64,000 bases of DNA from Octopus sinensis (Eukaryota): assembly GCF_006345805.1 (NCBI RefSeq), contig NC_043000.1:88660001-88724000 (forward strand), in the 5' to 3' direction. The notes beneath the pieces are model-generated. The model was not told the DNA's origin, ran no database searches, and saw only the letters and a list, made by a program, of their open reading frames with translations. Position 1 is the first letter of the stretch; every line of letters starts with the position of its first letter. The position numbers were made by a program, and so were the translations under genes. Of the stretch, positions 55,113-64,000 are shown in pieces.

Positions 55113-56149
55113 TCGGTGTATTTGTATCATCAGCTGACATGCGCACATGTTTTCCGTCTTGATTTGTTTAAATTGCTCCGCTACTTATATTTACATTCAG
55201 CTGTTAACTCAGATTGATGAACCGTCTACATATTGTCTTGTCTCTTAGGTCAACACAACTATCATTGTAAAGATTTCTTCTACCACTGAGCTCAGCTTAT
55301 CTTCTTTAGTTTCGTCGCTTGTGCAAACACTTTAAGTTTGAAATATATTAACTGAAATCCCGTGCATTCCAGACAGGTCCAACAATAGTATATACCAATA
55401 ATCCTTAGTATAAAAGACTTACCCATCAACAACAGGATGTTATTTATCCACAACCAATGAAAATCAATACAATAATGATCTCCTGAATAATGTTTAAGAC
55501 TCTTAACCGCTCGAACTACGTAATTCACTTGCTGATTTTTTCCCCCATCATTTCAGCAAAAACTCTAACACGGTAGCAAAATGATAGTTTGAAAATATCT
55601 TCAATAATCCACGAGTCAGAATATGAAGCACGCCACATTGTACGTTGGGAAGTTACTTTTCTTTTTTGTTTTTATTCAAGTTTATTATTATAACAGCTTT
55701 ATCAGCACGGTAAGTGAAAGTCAGACACAACATTTTCACACAAATAATAATATTCGGACAAGAAATTCTAATTAACGATAGTTAAATATAACCTTGTGAC
55801 GCTCGCGGATCAATATTTCCTATTTACTTCCACTCTACGAAGATGACTGATACGGCATTTATATACTGAAAATAAACATGTGACACATCAAGCAGACAGA
55901 TATCTCATTCTAGAGTTTTATTAAAAGCAAATAATCTCAGATTTTTAGGCTTGGAAAATAATATTACATCCGTTCACAAAGTTTTTATTATATATTTTAT
56001 CTTATACAAAATGGCAAACCATCTGCCACATCCCCGTATAAAGAATAAATATTGGCCGGTTTTTTGTAAAGAGTGAATTGATAAGTTATAAAAATGTAAG
56101 TGAAAGGGTAATTATGCAAAATGCCATTTAATGCATCAATAAGATTCTT

Positions 56150-56985
56150 AGAGGGGGTGGAATTTGAAACGACATATAAAATATATATTATATTATTTAG
56201 CTATATTTACAGTTCTAATTTCAAATCTCACCGATGTCTGCTTTGCCTTTCATCCATTTAGAGTCAATAAAACCGTTCTTTCTGCTATTGGCAGAATGCT
56301 TGTAATTGTGTGTAGGCAGTAACGTCGAATCACTTGCTTAACTGATACTTATTTTATCGATCCGGAAAGCTAAAATGCAAAGTCGACCTAGGCAGAATTT
56401 GAACTCAGAACGTAAGACGGATAAAAAGCTGCTAGCAATTTTATCCAGCATGGTAACGTCTCGTGCAGCCGATAAAATAGAGTAATTTTCAAATACTTGG
56501 GTTGATACCTCAAAACATCAAAATAGCTATCATTGTGCCTGTATCTAAACTTTTTATTTTTTAAATGTGTAACCTAATGCACCTGTGCGTCAACCTAATG
56601 CACGTTGTTGTTTTTTGGGGATTTTTTCTTGCCTGATGTTCGTATATTTTAATTTATTTTGTACCAAATAAAGCATCAGGCAACTACCACGGTTGAGGGC
56701 CTCGAATAATAATCCCACCCGTCAAAACAGTTAGGCTTGTACCTATCTTAACAATTTTATTAAAGGCAGTGAGTTGACAGGAATTTAGGGCGCTGGGTAA
56801 AATGCATTGTGGTATTTATTGCAGAGTTTTACATGCTGAATTCAAGTACCATCGCAGTTAACTTTGAATTTTATCCGTTTAAAGACAATAAAACACAGTA
56901 ATATTCAAATACAGAGGCCCAAGTGATCAACAAGCCTCTCACCTCTTAACACTGCCGGTGCCTTATATCTAAGTTAGAAGCACTT
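56150..56985. mobile_element. Three decayed SINE family A copies (mixed orientation)
   Basis: Cores at ~56215 (+), ~56360-56410 (-), ~56763-56900 (+). Confidence 0.6.
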
Positions 56986-57423
56986 CAAGGGTGTGGATTG
57001 ACATAGTTATTAGCGCATCGAAAAAAAAGGAGATCTTTTCCTTTTGAACGGCACTTTTCAACACAATTTCTAGTTAACTAAACACTTTTAAACTTCATAT
57101 ACTGGTAGAATGTGTTTATAAAACATCATTTTTTCTTGGCTTTATTGAGAAAACTCTATAGGTTGTAAGATATTTCGTCTGAAATTCGAGCATTTCGGCA
57201 ATTTTAACCAATCGCTGGAGTCCATTTAGGTAAACAACATTCCGTGCTGTATGAATATGTCCCTCCTTTAAGAAACAGACTGGGTTTATTTACATTTGTG
57301 AAGAAAAAAGATACTCTTTCCCCACCCCTAACCCTAACCCTAATCTCTATTTTTTTTACTATTTAGTTTTCTTGTAAACAGAAAACTGTTGGTGTTTTCT
57401 GTTTTGTAATTATTCGTTTCAAT

Positions 57424-57753
57424 CAGTGGTTCACAACCGGGGTTAATATGGCTCCTAAATGTCCATATAAGATTTTCGGGGGTTACACAGCGAAATAGTA
57501 AATTGGGTATCCACTATAGTATTTTAAGGGCCCCTGGAAAAAGTTTGCTTTAGCTGTATATATTGGTGTGTATTGCAAGAACCATCTAGGTTTCTTTCTC
57601 TAACATTTTACATAGTTCAACCTACACAAGTTAATGTGCAAAAAGCAAGATAAGAATTTTGAAAGAAGTTTCTATAAAACAAGTTTTAAACATCGAATGG
57701 CTATGGAGCTCCACCAGAATAAAATAGTAATGAAAATTGGTTGAGAATCCCGT
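57424..57753. mobile_element. hAT/Charlie-type MITE (second copy)
   Basis: cagtggttcacaaccgggg ... ggttgagaatccc; collinear with 20409-20763. Confidence 0.75.
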
Positions 57754-59241
57754 GTCTAGGTCTTACCATTATTTATTTTTTGATATTTGTGAAGTCTTGC
57801 AGTGGATATTTCTAGATGCATAATAATCCAAACTTTCTGTATTCACCTTACAGATAATCATGGTAGTTTAATCAGGTTGTATATTTAAAAAATGTTTTAT
57901 ATTTATATATTTAATTTCTTTTCTGAAAGCCCTTGCTAATTCATTTAGCTTCTAGTTAAGAATATAACAATTATTTATTGGTTGAGAGGAAAAGAGTATA
58001 TTGATGACTATCATCTACTTTATTTGTATTAGCTCTGTTTTAACTATTAATCTAACGCATCTATAATAATCCTACTTAATCTTTTCTTTGATTTATGTGT
58101 CTTGTACGCAGTGTACTTCTTTGCCATTTAAGTAATCGAACGTCTGTGCCTGCGGCAATTCTCTTATCTCGATTTCTTTATCTATAAAGATAGTATTGTC
58201 CTTAAGTAAACTTTATTCTTAATTAATCTTTTGATTTTCTAATCCGAAACTTATATATATTTCTCTGGTAAATATATATACCGTCTAATTGTTTATCACC
58301 TGCTGTGTACAATGCGACATCATGCATACGCAAAAGATAGTTGACTGTTCTACTAGAGCATTTGTATTCGAATTCAGTCTTTTAAAAAAGTGAGAAGCAG
58401 TGAGGTTCATTATTTTCTCAGGACAAATGAATAACATTAAATTATTTCAGCAGAAATTATTTAATAAGGTGAATTGATGTCAACAGAGATTAGGCTTTCG
58501 TTGTTTCAACGATCTATGCTTGCGTTACAGTTATATTCTATCATTAAACAGATAATCGAATCAACATCAGTATGATTTGATTCCTAAACAAAGAACTGAT
58601 ATTAACATCTTATGATAAACTCAATTACAACTGAAAAGCACATCTCAGAGAAATGACCAAATAAACGAATGGAAACTTCAAATTCTCTAAAGTTCTTCTG
58701 AGAATCTTTTCAAATACAAATCTTATGTATTTAGGGTATTTCCTTCTCATCAAAATTGTTATATTTTCTCTTAATGCAGTCCTCCAGAGAAAATGAACTA
58801 ATTAAGTTTAGAATGAGAGTTCACAAAACTTTCCTTAGGAGAATAGAAGTTATTTGTAGAGACTTCCTCAGAGAATATGGGTCACTAATTCTGGTCATAA
58901 TTTCTTTCAAATGGTTCATGTCCAGAGGCCAAACTAGTGTGTTTTTCTTTGCGCGTATATTTTCGAAAAATTATGATTTGCTCGCTGAAATTGCCTCAAT
59001 TACAAACAGCTGTAAGTTGTCCCTTAGAAACCAACGTTTTAATAGTTCAGTTTATTTATCATTTGCCAATTGTCTGAAATATAAAGTGTATGTGTATATA
59101 CGCACACACACACTCATATATATAATGTGTGTGCGTATAGATATATATCAAAATACATACATATATATGTATATATTTAATATATGCATACATGTATACA
59201 AATACAAATGTACACATATATGTACATATGAAAGATATGTG

Positions 59242-59272
<31 letters not shown>

Positions 59273-59396
59273 AGTAGATATAAATATCTATTATACAAAC
59301 ATATGTGTGCTTGTATGCATGTATATATATATTACTTACTTCAAGATACTGTTTCTGTTAAAGGTTGAAAGATGGTCTGTTATTATTGTTGTTGTT

Positions 59397-59629
59397 AAGG
59401 CGGCGAGCTGGCAGAATCGTTAGCAGGCCGGGAGAAATGCGTAGCCGTATTTCGTCTGCCATTACGTTCTGAGTTCAAATTCCGCCGAGGTCGACGTTGC
59501 CTTTCATCCTTTCGAGGTCGATAAATAAAGCATCAGTTTCGCACTGGGATCGATGTAATTGACTTAATCCCTTTGTCTGTCCTTGTTTGTCCCCTCTATG
59601 TTTAGCCCCTTGTCTGTAGTAAAGAAATA
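59397..59629 (+). mobile_element. Full-length SINE family A
   Basis: aaggcggcgagctggcagaatcgttagc ... gagttcaaattcc ... gtagtaaagaaata. Confidence 0.9.
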
Positions 59630-60250
59630 TATATACCAACAAACTTCACTCTTGGCATTGGCTCGACCAAATGCGCACCATTGTCTTTAAATTCTAGTGT
59701 TTATACTAACTTCATTAGATTGTATTGTAATGTAAATCTAATCACCGTTCGTGTTAATGATCACCCGAGTACACAATTTAGTAGTGATTTGTAATTACAT
59801 TCCACTTGTAATTTCTCTATGACTGTTAGACAAATAAATACAATTATGAATATTATATACTATTACTTTTATCGAACTTTATCAGGAACTTTCAGTTAAA
59901 TTCTAAAACAACGATAACGTGATGTCGCTTCAAGCTAACACAAGCCTCTGGCGTGATTATAATCATAATAGAGATAATTTTCTCTTGAATCAGCTATTAT
60001 CATTAACGTACCCATTCTACTGTTTCTTCCTTCTATTTTCCACGTAGTATTAACTTTACTTACAATACTGCTTATTATTTGCTTAGATTGGTGAACATAG
60101 ACCGTTGGAGGGATTAATTACATTTTAAATTATCTTTCTCTTCATCCAGTTATAGTGTTTTATTTCAATTAGAATATCCTGTTAAGCATTTAACACGCGC
60201 AAATATCTGCATACAAATCAATGTACATGCATTTATTCATATATATATAA

Positions 60251-61285
60251 CTAGCAGCATAGCTCGGCGTTGCCCGGGTATGTAAGAGCCCCTAGTAGGC
60301 AACGACTAATCCCAATCTAGTCCTTTCCCTCTAGGGAACGAAGGTGCATGTGTAGGTTGCAATGCCTTCTCTTCACTCTCAAATAGCTATCAAACAGCTA
60401 TCGATAATTCAACCCAACCAATTCCTACCAGGAAGAAATTACATTCGAGACTTTACCCCCAACACCGCCACTTCTGTTAATAGCTGTTTATTATAAACCG
60501 CTTTTGTCGTGTGCACCAAAAAACCTTTTCCATTCGTTTGTTCTGTTTGGTCACTTTTGACTTTTCGTTGTTGTCACTCACATTGCTGCCCGCTTTTTGC
60601 CGTTTTTGTACATTTTTACACATTTTGGGATACTTACCCCACGTGTTCTGAGAGTTAAAAAGGTCGAGTTGCGTCCCCTAGACAGTCTGTGGTTTGTGTT
60701 TAATACACAAATCGGTTTGCTATGTCTGCCACATATGATTTAATTAACCGATTTTTTCCAGTAATAAAGTATCCTATCGGAATAAAAAGGGCCATATAGC
60801 TCCTTGGAGCAGACATGGTGATCGCTGTGAATTTTTAAAAAAATTCCTGCCAATTTGTGAAAGATATTGTCGAAAATATGGCATCTTGAATTTGAACGCG
60901 ATTTCCCAAAATGGCATGATTTTATCGATTTTTTCTGATGGTAAGGTATTGCATGGAAAACTAACGTCAAATTAAGTTTGTTAGGGTAACATTAAGCTTC
61001 ACCATGAGTTTGATGAAAATCGATTGCAAGTTGCGAAAACTACAACAGAAAATGTGTTGCATATAAAAAGCTTAGATTCTCGACCTCATGTCGAATTTAT
61101 CAATTTTTTTCAGAACTGGGGGAACTTTTCAAAATTGTCGATGCGTTAGTTTTGAATTATGACATTGGGCTATGTGTATGTCAAGTTTCATCAGAATCAG
61201 TTGAAAGCTGTGGTCAGGGTGAAGGTACAACCTGACAGACACACAGACACACAGACAGGCAAACTGCCGTTTATATATAGAGAGA
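60251..61285 (-). mobile_element. Non-autonomous Helitron (~1.03 kb)
   Basis: Minus: A|TCTCTCTATATATAAACGG ... CCCGGGCAACGCCGAG hairpin CTATGCTGCTAG|T; A/T target site with no TSD. Confidence 0.82.
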
Positions 61286-61308
61286 TAATAATAATTATTA
61301 TTATTATT

Positions 61309-62535
61309 CCTCTTTTGTTGGAACTCCTGGAGTCTTACATGCGTAGTGGGCTTGCTACCTGCAGTCTACGGTACCATGCTATCCGTTCTTTTCAGCTATC
61401 TAATACTTTCCTGATTATTCTGGCCGTGCCAAGGAGGCAAAACTTTTGTTCATTTCTGCTGGGCACTCTGTTCCAATTTCCTTGATATACTCTTGATGCC
61501 TTCTGATACTGTCCCCAAGTATCCAACAATAATTGGCACTATCTTCGCCACCTTCATTTTCCATAGCCGGGCTATTTTGTACTTAAGAAGGATGAATTTA
61601 TCTATTTTCTCGCCTTCCTTCTTGTCTATTGATGGGTCAAAGGGGCATGCAACATCAACTATATAGCATTTGTGGTGCATCTTGCCAACCACCTCTAGGT
61701 CCGGTATGTTATGCTCCAGCATCTGTTTGGATTGGGAAATACCAGAGGAATTTGTTAGTCTCCAACTTCACCACTCTCTGCGGTTTGTACTCATACCACG
61801 TCTTGCCTCTCTCTAGCCTCCACTTTACGCACAGTTTTCAATGTAGCACTTTCGCTATTTGATCATGTAGCCACAACCTGCAGTGGCTTTGGGCAAATCT
61901 AGGGCATTCGGTGGTGATATTGGCATCTGTTTCATACACTCTATTACATTTGCGGCACAGTGAAGACACTTGCTCATTCCAAAGGTTGACTCACCAGTTC
62001 GTAGCCAAAGCTTGGTCTAGCACTGCCAGTATAGTACTCTCATTCTCTTTATTTAGTGTTCCTTCCTTCAGCTAATCCAACCTATTTTTTCCAGCAAATT
62101 ATGTTATGGTGACATGGATCTGATTGTGTAGTCTTTTTTTGCGTAATTCTTCTTCGTGTCCTTTTTGCACCCCTCCTTCGTTTTTGGTTTTTTTTCTCTG
62201 TTTTCAATACTCCATCGTTCCTAACTGGCATTAGCAATGCTTCCTTAGTTTAGGCTAGATATCTCATTAGGCTCTCGAGTTCGATACGTATGCAGTCTTC
62301 CATACATATCAGTCCCTTTCCTACAGTTGCACTCTTGATGTCAAGTATAGGTGATCAGTGTCTGCATGTGAACGATGAGCTCCATGTCTCTTTAGGGCTT
62401 TCTTGACTTCCTGTCCATCTCCATTATCTCCTCCTGTCCACTTCAGGATTTTAGTGCCATACCAAACTACTGAGACTGTACGCGTATTTATTGACGAATT
62501 TATGTCTCTGGCATTCAGCTTTGAAGCCAGTATAG
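61309..62535 (-). mobile_element. R4/Dong-like non-LTR retroposon fragment (second family), degenerate
   Basis: ILASKLNARD..INT..VVWYG..MDRKSRK..H..ADTDHLY; ESTILAVLDQALATN; CRKC; FLWYFPIQTD; PDL..CYIVDVACPFD..KEGEKIDKF..PIIVGYLGTV; TAA/TTA tracts on both flanks. Confidence 0.88.
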
Positions 62536-62574
62536 TAATAATAATAATAATAATAATATAATAATAATAACAAC

Positions 62575-62606
<32 letters not shown>

Positions 62607-62699
62607 CAACAACAACAGCAACAATAATAATAATAATAATTATTATTATTATTATCATTATTATTAATGCTGTTATAATTAATAATATTATTATTTATT

Positions 62700-62922
62700 A
62701 AGGCGGTGAGATGGCAGAATCATAAGCACGCTGGACCAAATGCTTAGTGGTATTTCGCTTGTCGTTCCGCTTTGAGTTCAAATCCTGGTGAAGTCGACTT
62801 TGCCTTTCATCATTTCGGGGTCCATAAATTAAATACCAGTGAAATACTGGGGTCGATGTAATGGACTAGTTCTCTCCTCCAAATTTCAGGCCTTGTGCCT
62901 ATTGTAGAAAGGATTATTATTA
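62700..62922 (+). mobile_element. SINE family A
   Basis: aaggcggtgagatggcagaatc head, core, and tail gtgcctattgtagaaaggattattat. Confidence 0.85.
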
Positions 62923-63679
62923 TCTAAATGATACATGTAAAGTCTAATACATAGGTTGACTGCCGTTTATCTTGGTTTGTCTCCACTCCCCTATATATAT
63001 ATATACTAATCACTCTCCATATTGTGGGTTCACCTATCATGCTCTCAGTACATCGTGGATTTTTCTGAGTAATATATCTAAGCTGATATCGCGGACTTCT
63101 CAATATATCGCGTGTTTTTGCAGCCGATAGGTATATATATATTTTTTAGATTTTAATTAATTATGTGGTAGAATAAGCATTTTCACGCCTAAGCATTAAT
63201 GAGTTAATAAATAAAAATACAGTACTGTACTGCACTCTATAACACATTAATTAAAATACATTAAAAGAAAATACGTAGAGTATCGTAGATAAGTAAACAA
63301 ACAATCGCAATACTGTATGGAAAACACAAAAACACGTTTGCCAAAAACAGAAACACTAAGGATACAAATTTTTGCGACTCTGTAGTCCTGTATCATATTC
63401 TGATGAGCTTCTGATGAAAAACAATGGAAATCAATGTTTTTTTTTCTTATATTTGATCAAAAAGGTTAACCCATGACTAATTTTGGAATTTTTTATACCC
63501 GGTTGCATTTGGATGAATTTCCAAAAACTAGAACCCTAGTTTAGTGATAAACAAAAGAGGGGAAATATCCAAAATGATTAATCCATAATTATTAAAAGAA
63601 TGGTATTCTGCATTCCAGAACAATAAAAAGAACTTAAGTCATATAACGTCAAATTGTTCAATAGTCAAGTTGCAGCAAG

Positions 63680-64000
63680 TCATTAAAAAGAATGAAGCGT
63701 AACGGCAGTCTGGCTTTGTTCTTCCATGTGGTGTATAGTTCTTGCATGACCTTAATTGCCCCTCTCATAGCATTGATTGCTTCTACTGATGTTTAGTTTT
63801 GATGGCTCTGGTTTCCAGTGATCTGTGAAGCATTTCAGACCAGTCTTGTAGGGTACCGAGGCTAGCGATAGCTCTTGCATAATCTTCAGCACTGTACATT
63901 TGGTCACTGAACCAGTGGTCCACCCAGGCATATGAGATGAGCTGGTAATCTTTCTCTCACATGTTGCATAAGGAAAAATGCAAGAAGTGCAAAGATTGCT
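63680..64000 (-). mobile_element. Probable DNA-transposase C-terminal fragment (Sola2/hATm-like), frameshifted, runs off the window
   Basis: GLKCFTDHWKPEPSKLNISRSNQCYER/AIKVMQELYTTWKNK resembles the NxxAERxxK catalytic-E helix of cut-and-paste transposases. Confidence 0.4.

Noticed and set aside
56940-56965. Twister-like motif ttaacactgccggtgcc
   Set aside because: Lacks the downstream twister elements and aligns with the decayed SINE-A tail
58756-59277. 173-aa ORF
   Set aside because: No recognisable domain and the C-terminal half is TA/CA microsatellite
63398-63435. Two ctgatga words followed by gaaa
   Set aside because: No stem I, II or III pairing

Overview
AT-rich, microsatellite-dense eukaryotic genomic DNA with one 100-N assembly gap (4400-4499). 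The repeat complement looks like an octopod cephalopod (inference from repeat style; not database-checked). No intact protein-coding gene can be supported, and most listed ORFs are microsatellite artefacts. Recognisable content: decayed Penelope-like retroelements (RT + GIY-YIG; 46.8-48.1 kb, 51.4-54.4 kb with inverted terminal repeats, and a remnant at 15.3 kb), two R4/Dong-like RLE retroposon fragments in (TAA)n tracts, an RTE-like LINE fragment, a decayed maT/DD37D-like Tc1/mariner transposase, non-autonomous Helitrons (one with a head-to-tail junction), hAT- and Tc1-type MITEs, and many tRNA-derived SINEs. The main signal is about ten minimal type-I hammerhead ribozyme (HHR) motifs of at least six sequence types, several with an intact core. 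They lie in short non-coding elements anchored at (TA)n microsatellites, often as foldback palindromes. One family fuses a tRNA-derived Pol III head to a hammerhead and a Penelope-style tail. A weak candidate exon cluster or decayed gene lies at 30.8-35.5 kb.
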